In this document: in pieces, positions 39,505 to 50,788 of the stretch | How the letters are laid out: each line of letters opens with the position of its first letter | How positions within the stretch are numbered: position 1 is the stretch's first letter | From: an uncultured Chromatiaceae bacterium | GTDB lineage: Bacteria > Pseudomonadota > Gammaproteobacteria > Steroidobacterales > GCA-2729495 | Length of the DNA stretch: 64,000 nucleotides | NCBI GenBank assembly: GCA_964417725.1 | Contig: CAYQIV010000009.1 | Location: 33,849-97,848 of the forward strand | Reading direction: 5' to 3' | Made by a program: the position numbers and the translations under genes | Notes under the pieces: generated by a model | The model's input: the letters and a program-made list of their open reading frames with translations, nothing else | Told to the model about the DNA's origin: nothing | The model's database searches: none

Positions 39505-39729
39505 AGGCTCACTTTTCAGTTGGTAACCAGAAGCACAAACGGGCGGCGCACCTCCTGCCGGGAACCGGCAATCACACTGCCCTGCTGCCCCTGGATCCGC
39601 CGACACCCCCGGAATCTGCACACTCCGCATCGTTTGAACGTGGTGCGATTCCGCGGCCTAGTGTAGATTAATTCCGCCATCCAGACACCTCGCCCACACG
39701 GGCGCAGGCCAGCTTTCCGCCGGAGATTC

Positions 39730-40167
39730 ATGCAAGTGACTGACGGGTGCAACGATTTCCCTGAACTGGAGTTATTCGATAACCCCAGTCCGCACACCGA
39801 CCTCACCGTGCGGATCAGGATCCCCGAATTCACCTGTCTCTGCCCCCGGACGGGACAGCCCGATTTCGCCACCCTGTATCTGGAATACGTTCCCGATAAG
39901 CGCTGTATCGAACTGAAGTCACTCAAGAACTACATCTGGTCCTATCGCCAGGTCGGGACCTATCACGAAGCGGTCACCAGCCAGATCCTGCAGCATCTGG
40001 CGGCAGCGACCGCCCCGCGTTTCATGCGCCTGGCAGCCCGTTTCAACGTCAGGGGCGGGATCTACACCCGCGTCGTCTGCGAGCATCGCCAGCCCGGCTG
40101 GAGTCCGGCGGCACCGGTCATCCTGCCCGGGGACGACGGCCCCGGCGGCGACCACGCGGACGCCTGA
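39730..40167 (+). CDS. queF: NADPH-dependent 7-cyano-7-deazaguanine reductase, unimodular type
   Basis: 145 aa. Catalytic [10 protein letters not shown] and the QueF motif [12 protein letters not shown]. Confidence 0.85.
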   Translation: MQVTDGCNDFPELELFDNPSPHTDLTVRIRIPEFTCLCPRTGQPDFATLYLEYVPDKRCIELKSLKNYIWSYRQVGTYHEAVTSQILQHLAAATAPRFMRLAARFNVRGGIYTRVVCEHRQPGWSPAAPVILPGDDGPGGDHADA

Positions 40168-40252
40168 ACCCGATGCCATGGCAGGGCCGCAGCCCTGCGA
40201 CGGAATGCGGGGCTGGCTCGGTCTGCCGGCCTATGTATAATCGCGCGCCTCC

Positions 40253-41200
40253 GTGAATTTCGTCGGGATCAGCGCCATGGCCACAGCCAAACGGAAAGCA
40301 GGCAAAGCCGGCATCAGGAATGTCGCCAGGAAGGCGACACGTAAGGCCCATTCGGGCAAGCCATCCGGCACAGCCAGGAAAAAGCCGACGTCAGCCCGCA
40401 AGGCAGCGGGCAAGGCCACACCGGCGAAGAAGGCCGCACCAAAGAAGTCAATCGTCACGGCGGCCAGAAACACGGTGGCAAAAAAGAAAACCGGTGTGGC
40501 AGGCACGACCAAGGCGACTGGCGGCAGGAAGCAGGCGACCGGCAGCCCACCCACGGCTGCCAGGGCCAGCCAGCCCTCCGGCAGAAGGCCCGCGGCAGCC
40601 GCCGCGGCAACGGCCGGGAAACCGGCCCCCCGCAAACCCTCACCCCAGGCGACCAAGGCAGCCGTGCCGGGGCGCCCGAAGGCCCAGAAAGCATCCGTGA
40701 CCAAGAAAGCACGCCGATCGGTAAAGCCGATCCCTCCACCCAACCCCCTCGAACCGTCGGATTCCGACAACCTCATCCACGGCATTGCACCCTACCGCCC
40801 ACGGCCGGGTGAGCCCTACATGAGCCCCGGCCAGTTGGCGCATTTCCGGGCGATCCTGCTCGCATGGAAACGCGAGCTCATGAACGAAGTCGACCGCACC
40901 GTACACCACATGCAGGATGAGGCCAGCAACTTCCCGGATCCCAACGACCGGGCGACCCAGGAGTCTGAGTTCGGCCTCGAACTGCGCACCCGGGACCGTG
41001 AGCGCAAGCTCCTCAAAAAGATCAATTCGGCCATCGAGCGCATCGATGACGGCAGCTATGGCTACTGCGAGGAAACGGGCGAGGAAATTGGCCTGCGGCG
41101 TCTGGAGGCACGGCCGGTGGCGACCCTGTCGATCGAGGCACAGGAGCGCCGGGAGATGACCGAGCGCCAGTTCGGCGACCGCGACGACCGCTACCGCTAG
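40253..41200 (+). CDS. dksA: RNA polymerase-binding regulator DksA with a Lys/Ala/Pro-rich N-terminal extension
   Basis: The C-terminal 145 aa or so align with E. coli DksA (PGEPYMSPGQLAHFRAILLAWKRELMNEVDRTV..., tip motif DPNDRA, GYCEETGEEIGLRRLEARP). The preceding 170 aa or so are AKKA/KPA/ARKA-type low complexity in the same frame with no stop. Start is either GTG 40253 or ATG 40277. Confidence 0.8.
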   Translation: MNFVGISAMATAKRKAGKAGIRNVARKATRKAHSGKPSGTARKKPTSARKAAGKATPAKKAAPKKSIVTAARNTVAKKKTGVAGTTKATGGRKQATGSPPTAARASQPSGRRPAAAAAATAGKPAPRKPSPQATKAAVPGRPKAQKASVTKKARRSVKPIPPPNPLEPSDSDNLIHGIAPYRPRPGEPYMSPGQLAHFRAILLAWKRELMNEVDRTVHHMQDEASNFPDPNDRATQESEFGLELRTRDRERKLLKKINSAIERIDDGSYGYCEETGEEIGLRRLEARPVATLSIEAQERREMTERQFGDRDDRYR

Positions 41201-41230
41201 GGCGCGCCCCGCCCCGCCACGCCTTGGTCA

Positions 41231-41255
41231 AGGGAGGCGCGTGCACGCCCTCCCT
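41231..41255 (+). terminator. GC-rich hairpin 30 nt after the dksA stop (no clear U-tract)
   Basis: AGGGAGGCGCGTG/CACGCCCTCCCT, a 12-bp stem with one bulged C. Confidence 0.35.
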
Positions 41256-41479
41256 GCGCACGGGCCACGGAAAGCATCGAACAGATGCGGCCAACGGCCT
41301 GTATTGCAAAGAAATCAATCAGCCGCCCGGTCCTCTCCAGGGGCCTGGCCTGTCGCACAATCAGGCTGCACTGCGAACCAACCGCACTCCTCGCGGTCTA
41401 TAGCCCCCGACACCTGGCGCATGCCCCTGCCTCTTCGCGCCAGAGGCACACAACATCCAGACAGGGAGGCCCCGCCGCC

Positions 41480-41872
41480 ATGAGTGATCAACGACTGATC
41501 CGGAAATACGTCAACCGAAGGCTCTACGACACGAGCCAGAGCCGCTACGTCAACCTGGAGGACCTGCGCGAGATGGTTGCCCGCGGGGGCACGTTGCGCG
41601 TCGTCGAGCAAGCCACCGGCGCGGACATCACGACGACCGTCTTGCTGCAGATCATCGCCGAAGGGCAGAAATCCGGCCGGGCCCTGCTGTCGCCGGAATT
41701 TCTTTCAGGTCTGATCCGCTTGGCATCGGCCGAGCACCATGACGACGACCTGCCCGTCCGTCTGGACCGTGCGCTGCGCTCGGTACTGAGCCCGACCCCG
41801 GCGCGCAGCAGCGTTCCTGGCGGCCTGTCGGCGATGCCATTGACGACCGCGGCCGGTAGTACGCTCGGCTGA
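41480..41872 (+). CDS. phaR: PhaR-like polyhydroxyalkanoate synthesis regulator (short form)
   Basis: ATG at 41480 preceded by GGGAGG. LIRKYVNRRLYDTSQSRYVNLEDLREMV...ADITTTVLLQIIAE is the PhaR N-terminal DNA-binding signature. Only 130 aa. Confidence 0.75.
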   Translation: MSDQRLIRKYVNRRLYDTSQSRYVNLEDLREMVARGGTLRVVEQATGADITTTVLLQIIAEGQKSGRALLSPEFLSGLIRLASAEHHDDDLPVRLDRALRSVLSPTPARSSVPGGLSAMPLTTAAGSTLG

Positions 41873-41888
41873 CGACACGACACGGAAC

Positions 41889-41922
41889 GAAAAAACGCGG
41901 CAGGCCCGGCGAGACCTGCCGC
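41889..41922 (-). terminator. rho-independent terminator downstream of pnp
   Basis: The minus strand reads GCGGCAGG-N10-CCTGCCGC followed by GTTTTTTCGTT. Confidence 0.65.
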
Positions 41923-41965
41923 GTCCGATCCCCGGCCACGCCCGGGCTGCTGTTCAGCAGGGGCC

Positions 41966-44050
<2,085 letters not shown>

Positions 44051-44102
44051 GTTGTGTGTCCTTCGTTGTTCTGTGCGATGTTTCGTATCAGGAATAGACG
44101 CA

Positions 44103-44129
44103 GCGGCGGACGGCTCACGCCCCCGCCGC
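44103..44129 (-). promoter_or_regulatory. rpsO-pnp intergenic hairpin (candidate rpsO terminator / pnp leader processing site)
   Basis: A 7-bp GC stem GCGGCGG/CCGCCGC with a 13-nt loop, located between the rpsO stop and the pnp start. Confidence 0.3.
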
Positions 44130-44157
44130 AAGTCCTCCATCCGGAGCAGTCTGTTGC

Positions 44158-44427
44158 CTAGCGACGCAGGCCAAGCCTGGCGATAAGACTCTGGTAACGC
44201 GCGAGATCCTTGCCCCGCAGGTAATCGAGGAGCTTGCGGCGCTGGTTGACCAGCCGCAGCAGCCCCTGCCGGGAGTGATGATCCTTCTTGTGTTGCGCAA
44301 AATGCTCCGTCAACTCGCTGATGCGGGCCGACATGAGGGCAACCTGCACCTCGGGCGAGCCGGTGTCCTTCGGACCCACGCGATACTCACCGACAATCCT
44401 GCTCTTTTCCTCTGCCGTACGCGGCAT
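44158..44427 (-). CDS. rpsO: 30S ribosomal protein S15
   Basis: 89 aa. ...[35 protein letters not shown]... Confidence 0.95.
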   Translation of the reverse strand: MPRTAEEKSRIVGEYRVGPKDTGSPEVQVALMSARISELTEHFAQHKKDHHSRQGLLRLVNQRRKLLDYLRGKDLARYQSLIARLGLRR

Positions 44428-44500
44428 TCCCTCGCTCTCCTGTAGGACGTTCCGGATTTTGACCCTGAATCAAGCGCGGCATTGTAACCGCCCGAGCCCC

Positions 44501-45463
44501 TCAGCGATAGCCCGCTCCCGGCCGGGCCGTCAGCAGCCGTCTGGGCTGCATCCGGCCATCGTCATCCACCTCGCCCATCCCGATGAACACCGGCCCGGGT
44601 GCGTAGAGTCTGACCAGCCCGGCGGGGGCTGTGGCCACGGCCACGGCCTGGCCCTGTCCGGCGCGAAATGCATCGGCGGCGGAAAGCACCAGGGCCGGCC
44701 ATCCGGCCAGCGCCGCATCGAGCGGGAGGAGCAGGGCATCAAGGCCATGCGGGCCCGCTTCCGCCATCGCCTCGATCTCACCCAGTGTCACCATCGCCTG
44801 ATCGGAAAAGGGCGATACATCGAGCCGCCGCAGGGCCACGACGTGCCCCACGGTGCCAAGTGCCACGCTGAGGTCCTCGACGAGCGTGCGGACATAGGTC
44901 CCTTTGCTGCATGAGACGGTAAAGGTGGCGGACTGCGCATCGTGATGATCGAGGTGGAAGGCGTGGATCCTGACCGGCCTCGGCGGACGCGGAACCTCAC
45001 CCCCCGCCCGGGCGATCTCGTAGAGCCGTCGCCCCCCCTGCTTGAGCGCCGAGTACATCGGGGGAACCTGCTCGATCTCACCGGTCATCTGCAGCAACAC
45101 GGCACGAATCTGCGTCGCATCCATGGCCGGCACGGGTGCCGTCTGCACGACCTTGCCGTCGGCATCACCGGTATCCGTTCCGATGCCGAAAATCACCTCC
45201 ACGCGGTAACGTTTGTCGGCCCCCAGGAGGAATGCGGAAACCTTGGTCGCCTCACCGAAGCAGATCGGCAGCATACCGGTGGCCAGGGGATCCAGGCTGC
45301 CGGTATGGCCAGCCTTGCGGGCACGATAGAGCCACTTAACGCGCTGCAGCGCGGCGTTCGACGTCATGCCGGCGGGTTTGTCGAGCAACAGGATGCCGTG
45401 AAGATCGCGCCGCGCGACGCGGCCCCCCTCACCCGGCCCGGGCGCCACCACAGGCCGCCTCAC
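44501..45463 (-). CDS. truB: tRNA pseudouridine(55) synthase
   Basis: 320 aa. GILLLDKPAGMTSNAALQRVK...AGHTGSLDPLATGMLPICFGEATK. The GTG start overlaps the rbfA stop. Confidence 0.9.
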   Translation of the reverse strand: MRRPVVAPGPGEGGRVARRDLHGILLLDKPAGMTSNAALQRVKWLYRARKAGHTGSLDPLATGMLPICFGEATKVSAFLLGADKRYRVEVIFGIGTDTGDADGKVVQTAPVPAMDATQIRAVLLQMTGEIEQVPPMYSALKQGGRRLYEIARAGGEVPRPPRPVRIHAFHLDHHDAQSATFTVSCSKGTYVRTLVEDLSVALGTVGHVVALRRLDVSPFSDQAMVTLGEIEAMAEAGPHGLDALLLPLDAALAGWPALVLSAADAFRAGQGQAVAVATAPAGLVRLYAPGPVFIGMGEVDDDGRMQPRRLLTARPGAGYR

Positions 45464-45861
45464 CGCGGCTCCGGCACATCATCATCGGCGGAGCCCATGG
45501 GCGCCGCGGACGAGTTCTCCATCGCCTGGTCGATGAGGTCATCCATGTGGCGCCCGTAGGCCACCAGCCCGTCGCGACAGAAGCGCAATGCCGGGACGGT
45601 CCTCGACGACAACCCCTGCGCCAGCACGGTGCGCAGGAAGCCGGCAGCATGTTCGAGCCCGGCCTGGGCATTCGCCACATCCCCGTCGGCAACAAGGCCG
45701 CTGTAGAAGACACTGGCGTTGCTGAGGTCGCGTGCCACGCGCACGTCGGTGATGATCACGCCGTGCACGCGGGGATCACGGACCTGGCGCTGGATGGCAT
45801 CGGTCAACAGGCGCTGGATCTGCTGCTCGATCCGGCGGCTGCGCTGAAAATCGCGCGCCAT
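45460..45861 (-). CDS. rbfA: ribosome-binding factor A
   Basis: ATG at 45861 (MARDFQRSRRIEQQIQRLL...DPRVHGVIITDVRVARDLSNASVFYS). Confidence 0.9.
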   Translation of the reverse strand: MARDFQRSRRIEQQIQRLLTDAIQRQVRDPRVHGVIITDVRVARDLSNASVFYSGLVADGDVANAQAGLEHAAGFLRTVLAQGLSSRTVPALRFCRDGLVAYGRHMDDLIDQAMENSSAAPMGSADDDVPEPR

Positions 45862-45883
45862 CACGCACCAGCCTGCATGGCGG

Positions 45884-48430
45884 TCATCCGCTCGCGCTCC
45901 GCTCCACCGTGATGCGCTCGTAGCACTCGATCTGGTCACCCACCTTCACGTCATCGTAGTTGCGGACCCCGATGCCGCACTCCGTACCTGCGCGAACCTC
46001 GCTCACATCATCCTTGAAGCGCCTCAGTGACTCGAGCTCACCCTCGTAGATCACCACGTTGTCACGCAAGACCCGGATCGGGTTGTTGCGCCGGACCACG
46101 CCCTCGAGCACCAGACAGCCGGCGACATTGCCGAACCTCGGGGAACGAAACACGTCCCGGACCTGTGCAAGGCCGACGATCTGCTCGCGTACTTCCGGCG
46201 ACAGCATGCCGACAACGGCCGCCTTGATGTCGTCGATCGCATGGTAGATGACACTGTAGTAGCGAACATCGACGCCGGACTCCTTGATGGCTGCCCGTGC
46301 GGCACCGTCAGCCCGAACATTGAACGCAATGATGACGGCATCCGATGCTGCAGCGAGTGTGACATCCGATGCGCTGATCGCACCGACCGACGCACCCAGC
46401 ACCTTGACCTCGACTTCGTCATTGGAAAGTTTGGTCAGCGCATCACCAAGGGCCTCGGCTGTGCCCTGGACATCCGTCTTGACCAGCAACTGCAGCGACT
46501 TGGCCTTGGTCGACTGTATCTGGCTGAAGATATCCTCGAGCTTGACGTTCTGCTTCTGCGCCAGCCGCTGGTCCCGCTCCCTGTCCAGACGATGCTGCAC
46601 CAGATCACGCGCCTTGCGTTCGTCATCGAGCGCGGTCGCATCGTCGCCCGCATTGGGCGTGCCGGACAAGCCAAGCACCTGCACCGGCTGCGATGGACCC
46701 GCTTCCCTGACGGGCTGACCGGCTTCGTTCTGCATGGCCCGGATGCGGCCGAACTCGCAGCCTGCCACCAGCATGTCGCCAAGGCGCAGCCGTCCACGTG
46801 TCACCAGAATGGTGGCAACGGCTCCCCGGCCCTTCTCCATGCTCGACTCCAGCACCACACCGGTTGCGCTGCCCTCGGTGACGGCCTTCAACTCGAGCAC
46901 CTCGGCCTGCAGCAGGATGGACTCGAGAAGCTTGTCGATGCCCTCGCCCGTCTTGGCCGACAGGTTGATATACATCGTGTCACCACCCCAGTCCTCGGGG
47001 AGGAGGTCTCTCGCCGCGAGGTCGCTTTTGACGCGATCGGGGTCTGCATCGCCCTTGTCGATCTTGTTCACCGCAACGATGATCGGCACCTTGGCCGCAC
47101 GGGCGTGGGCAATGGCTTCCTCGGTCTGCGGCATGACCCCGTCATCGGCAGCGACAACCAGAATAACGATGTCAGTAACCTGTGCGCCACGGGCGCGCAT
47201 CGCGGTAAACGCCGCGTGGCCTGGTGTATCAAGAAAAGTTATCGCCCCGCCGGGCGTCTCCACGTGGTAGGCGCCGATGTGCTGGGTGATCCCGCCCGCC
47301 TCACCAGCCGCAACCTTGGTCCGCCGGATGTAATCGAGAAGCGATGTCTTGCCATGGTCGACGTGACCCATGATGGTCACGACCGGAGGCCGCGGCACCA
47401 GCTCGCCATCCGCTTCGATACCACCCAGAATCTCTTCCTCGACGCTCACCTCTCTGGCCGGACGCGCGACGTGACCGAGTTCCTCGGCGACAAGGATCGC
47501 CGTGTCCTGGTCGATCATCTGGTTGATGGTCACCATGGTGCCCATTTTCATCAACGTACGCATGACATCGCTGGCCTTGACCGCCATGCGCTGTGCGAGG
47601 TCGCCAACCTTGATGCTCGTCGGCACCTCGATCTCGTGAACCACCGGAGCCGTCGGCTTCTCGAAGCCATGCTGTACATCGACCGACAGCGAACCGGTTC
47701 GCCGGCGCACTTTCTTCTTGCGCCGTCTCGCGCTGGCGTCGGTGGAGACATGCAGTTCCTTGCGGCCATATAGCCCGACTTTCTCCTCGGGCGCCTCCTC
47801 AGGCGCAAGCTCCTGCTCAATCTCTTTCCTGATATCGCGCTTCTTGACCCCATCGCGACGCGCCTTGGCCTCGGCCTCGCGCTTGCGCGTTTCCTCGAGT
47901 TTCGCCGCCTCCGTGACCTTGGCGGCCTCGGCTGCAGCCAGTCGGTCCAGTTCGGCGCGACGCAGCGCCTCGGCCTCTGCCTGCTCACGCTCGCGGCGCT
48001 CCATCTCCTCGCGTTGCCGGCGCTCGACTTCCTCCTGCTCGCGGGCGACACGCGCCTGCTCCTCCTGGCGCTGCCGATCGAGCTCATCCTGCTGGGTCCT
48101 GGCCTCCTGCTCGAGCACGCCCCGGTTGATGTAGGTGCGCTTCTTGCGCACCTCGACGGAGACCGTCTTGGCCCGCCCCTGGGCACTGGCCACCTTGATC
48201 TCAGTCTGCGACCGGCGACTGAGCGTGATCTTCTTGGGCGCAACCGCCAGCGTCGAATCGCCCTGCCCATGCGCGCGTCTGAGGTACGACAACAGCTCCT
48301 TCTTGGCGTCGTCGCTGATGACGTCATCGGCACCGCTGACGGATATACCCGCCTCGTCGAGCTGGCTGATGAGCCGCTCGACGGGTATTTTCAACACATT
48401 GGCGAACTGCGATACCGTAACTTCCGACAT
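45884..48430 (-). CDS. infB: translation initiation factor IF-2
   Basis: ATG at 48430 ([24 protein letters not shown]). Glu/Arg/Ala-rich N-terminal region and G-domain [16 protein letters not shown]. Confidence 0.95.
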   Translation of the reverse strand: MSEVTVSQFANVLKIPVERLISQLDEAGISVSGADDVISDDAKKELLSYLRRAHGQGDSTLAVAPKKITLSRRSQTEIKVASAQGRAKTVSVEVRKKRTYINRGVLEQEARTQQDELDRQRQEEQARVAREQEEVERRQREEMERREREQAEAEALRRAELDRLAAAEAAKVTEAAKLEETRKREAEAKARRDGVKKRDIRKEIEQELAPEEAPEEKVGLYGRKELHVSTDASARRRKKKVRRRTGSLSVDVQHGFEKPTAPVVHEIEVPTSIKVGDLAQRMAVKASDVMRTLMKMGTMVTINQMIDQDTAILVAEELGHVARPAREVSVEEEILGGIEADGELVPRPPVVTIMGHVDHGKTSLLDYIRRTKVAAGEAGGITQHIGAYHVETPGGAITFLDTPGHAAFTAMRARGAQVTDIVILVVAADDGVMPQTEEAIAHARAAKVPIIVAVNKIDKGDADPDRVKSDLAARDLLPEDWGGDTMYINLSAKTGEGIDKLLESILLQAEVLELKAVTEGSATGVVLESSMEKGRGAVATILVTRGRLRLGDMLVAGCEFGRIRAMQNEAGQPVREAGPSQPVQVLGLSGTPNAGDDATALDDERKARDLVQHRLDRERDQRLAQKQNVKLEDIFSQIQSTKAKSLQLLVKTDVQGTAEALGDALTKLSNDEVEVKVLGASVGAISASDVTLAAASDAVIIAFNVRADGAARAAIKESGVDVRYYSVIYHAIDDIKAAVVGMLSPEVREQIVGLAQVRDVFRSPRFGNVAGCLVLEGVVRRNNPIRVLRDNVVIYEGELESLRRFKDDVSEVRAGTECGIGVRNYDDVKVGDQIECYERITVERSASG

Positions 48431-48465
48431 GCCACTCTCCGCTATTTGACCGACCACCCGCCCAT

Positions 48466-49980
48466 TCAGCCAGCAACCGTATCTTGCTGCTCCTGGTCGA
48501 ACCAGTGGGCACGCGCCGCCATGATCAGCCTGGCGGCACGCTCTTCGTCGAGTCCATCGATGTCCGAAATCTCGTCGACGGCAAGGTCCGCCAGATCATC
48601 CCGCGTACGGATACCACGCCCCGCGAGTTCAAGTGCGAGTTCGGTATCCATGCCCTCGACGGCCAGCAGATCTTCGGCTGGCCCACCGCTCTCCATGGTC
48701 TCCTCGCTGCGTATGGCCAGCGTGATCAGTACATCGCGGGCCCTGTTGCGCAGTTCATCGACGATATCCTGATCGAACTCCTCCACCGCCAGCAGCTCCG
48801 CTGCCGGGACATAAGCCACTTCCTCGATACTGGAAAAGCCTTCCTGGACCAGGATCATCGCGACCGTTTCGTCGACGTCGAGCTTGTCCATGAACATCTG
48901 CACCAGTTCGCGCGATTCGTGCTCGCTCTTCTCCTCCGCAGCAGCCTCCGTCATGACGTTGAGCTCCCAGCCCGTCAGTTCGCTTGCCAGGCGGATGTTC
49001 TGCCCGCCCCGGCCAATGGCCTGGGAAAGCTTGTCCTCCTCGACGGCGATATCCATGCTGTGCCTCTCCTCGTCGACAACGATCGATGAAACCTCCGCAG
49101 GTGACATGGCGTTGATGACAAACTGCGCCGGATTCTCATCCCACAGGATGATGTCGACACGCTCGCCAGCCAACTCATTGGAAACGGCCTGCACACGCGA
49201 CCCGCGCATGCCGACACAGGCACCCACAGGGTCGATGCGCCGATCATTGCTCTTGACGGCGATCTTGGCTCTCAGCCCAGGGTCACGCGCTGCACCCAGG
49301 ATCTCGATCAGGCCCTGACCAACCTCCGGCACTTCGATCTTGAACAGTTCGAGCAGGAACTGCGGCGATGTCCGGGTCAGGAACAGCTGCGGCCCGCGCG
49401 GTTCCGAACGCACCTCCCGGAGTATGGCCTTGATCCGATCCTGCGGGCGGACCGCCTCTCGGGGCATCATGTTCTCGCGTGGGATGAACCCTTCGGCATT
49501 GCCGCCCAGATCGAGGTATACCCCGTTGCGATCGACGCGCTTGACTGCGGCGCCGATGAGCTCGCCGACCCGGTGCTGGTACTCCTCGACGACCTTCTTG
49601 CGTTCGGCTTCACGGACCTTCTGAACGATGACCTGCTTGGCGGTCTGCGCTGCAATCCGGCCGAAGTCGACCGACGGGATGGGCTGCTCGACGTAACCAC
49701 CCGGTTCGGCTGCCGGGTCGACATCGACGGCATCGATCATCCGCAGCTCGCGATCAGGCGTTTCCAGCTCGGTCGAGTCATCGGCAAAGACCTTCCAGCG
49801 GCGGAAGGTCTGATACTCACCGGTATCCCGGTCGATACTGACCCGGACATCGATATCCTCGCCATAGCGTTTGCGCGTTGCCGATGCCAACGCGGATTCA
49901 AGCGCGTCGAAGATGATCTCGGGCTCGACGCCTTTCTCGTTCGAGACCGCCTCGGCAACCATCAATATTTCTTTGTTCAT
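48466..49980 (-). CDS. nusA: transcription termination/antitermination factor NusA
   Basis: 504 aa. [18 protein letters not shown]..., then S1 and KH domains and C-terminal acidic repeats. Confidence 0.95.
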   Translation of the reverse strand: MNKEILMVAEAVSNEKGVEPEIIFDALESALASATRKRYGEDIDVRVSIDRDTGEYQTFRRWKVFADDSTELETPDRELRMIDAVDVDPAAEPGGYVEQPIPSVDFGRIAAQTAKQVIVQKVREAERKKVVEEYQHRVGELIGAAVKRVDRNGVYLDLGGNAEGFIPRENMMPREAVRPQDRIKAILREVRSEPRGPQLFLTRTSPQFLLELFKIEVPEVGQGLIEILGAARDPGLRAKIAVKSNDRRIDPVGACVGMRGSRVQAVSNELAGERVDIILWDENPAQFVINAMSPAEVSSIVVDEERHSMDIAVEEDKLSQAIGRGGQNIRLASELTGWELNVMTEAAAEEKSEHESRELVQMFMDKLDVDETVAMILVQEGFSSIEEVAYVPAAELLAVEEFDQDIVDELRNRARDVLITLAIRSEETMESGGPAEDLLAVEGMDTELALELAGRGIRTRDDLADLAVDEISDIDGLDEERAARLIMAARAHWFDQEQQDTVAG

Positions 49981-50020
49981 CCCTGTTTACCTGCCTGCTC
50001 GGTATCACAAGCTTTCGCAA

Positions 50021-50488
50021 TCAAAGGTCCGGCACCAGCCGCATGGTTTCGATATTGTCGATAGGCGTGCGCAGTTCGCCATCTCCCTGGTCGTCTGGCT
50101 GCACGACAACCTGATCGCCTTCGCGGCGCAGCAGCAGTCCGGTGAAGCGTCGCCTGCCGTCCAACGCCGTCTTCAGCTGCGCGCGAATACGGCTACCGGC
50201 AAAACGGTCGAAGTCTCCAGGCTTGACCAGCTTGCGATCCATGCCCGGTGAGGACACTTCCAGGTTGTACTGCTGGCGGATCACGTCCTCCACATCGAGC
50301 ACGCCACTCACCTGCCGGCTGACGACCTCGCAATCATCCAGCGTGATTCCATCGGCGCTGTCGATGAAAAGTCGCACGACACCGTTACGCCCCCCCAGCC
50401 TCAGCTCTATATCAACGAGCTCATAACCGAGCGATACGATGACCGGCTCGAGCATCCCCATCAACTGCTCACGCGTAATGCCTGCCAC
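50021..50488 (-). CDS. rimP: ribosome maturation factor RimP
   Basis: 155 aa. LEPVIVSLGYELVDIELRLGGRNGVVRLFID. Conserved position upstream of nusA. Confidence 0.9.
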   Translation of the reverse strand: MAGITREQLMGMLEPVIVSLGYELVDIELRLGGRNGVVRLFIDSADGITLDDCEVVSRQVSGVLDVEDVIRQQYNLEVSSPGMDRKLVKPGDFDRFAGSRIRAQLKTALDGRRRFTGLLLRREGDQVVVQPDDQGDGELRTPIDNIETMRLVPDL

Positions 50489-50520
50489 TTTGACCGTCCG
50501 CGCCTGCTCCGTTCATCCGC

Positions 50521-50545
50521 AAACAAAAAATGGGCCATTGGCCCA
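50521..50545 (-). terminator. short hairpin plus U-tract between tRNA-fMet and rimP (attenuator-type terminator)
   Basis: The minus strand reads TGGGCC-AAT-GGCCCA followed by TTTTTTGTTT. Confidence 0.5.
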
Positions 50546-50603
50546 CCCTGCACGCTTGACCCCAAGGCGACGCACCTGAGCCAGACCTGACGCGCCGCCC
50601 CGC

Positions 50604-50634
50604 AAAAAAGAAATAGCCCCATGAGGGGCTATTT
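50604..50634 (-). terminator. rho-independent terminator 12 nt downstream of tRNA-fMet
   Basis: The minus strand reads AAATAGCCCC-TCAT-GGGGCTATTT followed by CTTTTTTG. Confidence 0.7.
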
Positions 50635-50646
50635 TCTACCATCGGT

Positions 50647-50723
50647 TGGTAGCGGGGGCAGGATTTGAACCTGCGACCTTCGGGTTATGAGCCCGACGAG
50701 CTGCCAGACTGCTCCACCCCGCA
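50647..50723 (-). tRNA. metY: initiator tRNA-fMet (anticodon CAT)
   Basis: The 77-nt minus-strand sequence TGCGGGGTGGAGCAGTCTGGCAGCTCGTCGGGCTCATAACCCGAAGGTCGCAGGTTCAAATCCTGCCCCCGCTACCA is nearly identical to E. coli tRNA-fMet. It has three G-C pairs closing the anticodon stem, a mismatched 1:72 pair and an encoded CCA. Confidence 0.95.
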
Positions 50724-50737
50724 CCCGAGGACGGCGA

Positions 50738-50766
50738 ATAGTAGCGGCTTCCATCGACAGAGGCAA
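50738..50766 (-). promoter_or_regulatory. sigma-70-type promoter for metY
   Basis: The minus strand reads TTGCCT-N17-TACTAT, followed by a GC-rich discriminator (TCGCCGTCC). The -10 element ends 14 nt upstream of the tRNA 5' end. Confidence 0.55.
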
Positions 50767-50788
50767 GCCATCAGCGGCAGATCAAGGG

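Noticed and set aside
39505-39729. Possible preQ1 riboswitch upstream of queF
   Set aside because: I could not find the compact preQ1 aptamer hairpin with its A-rich tail. The region looks like a plain divergent promoter between smc and queF.
40277-40780. Lys/Ala/Pro-rich region considered as a separate histone-like (AlgP/H1-type) gene upstream of dksA
   Set aside because: No stop codon separates it from the DksA core, and no RBS or start is evident just before the core. It is annotated as one fused ORF and flagged for experimental confirmation.
47700-48120. Repetitive Glu/Arg/Ala-coding stretch, considered as a tandem DNA repeat or CRISPR-like array
   Set aside because: It lies in frame inside infB and encodes the usual charged low-complexity N-terminal region of IF-2. 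There is no regular repeat-spacer periodicity.
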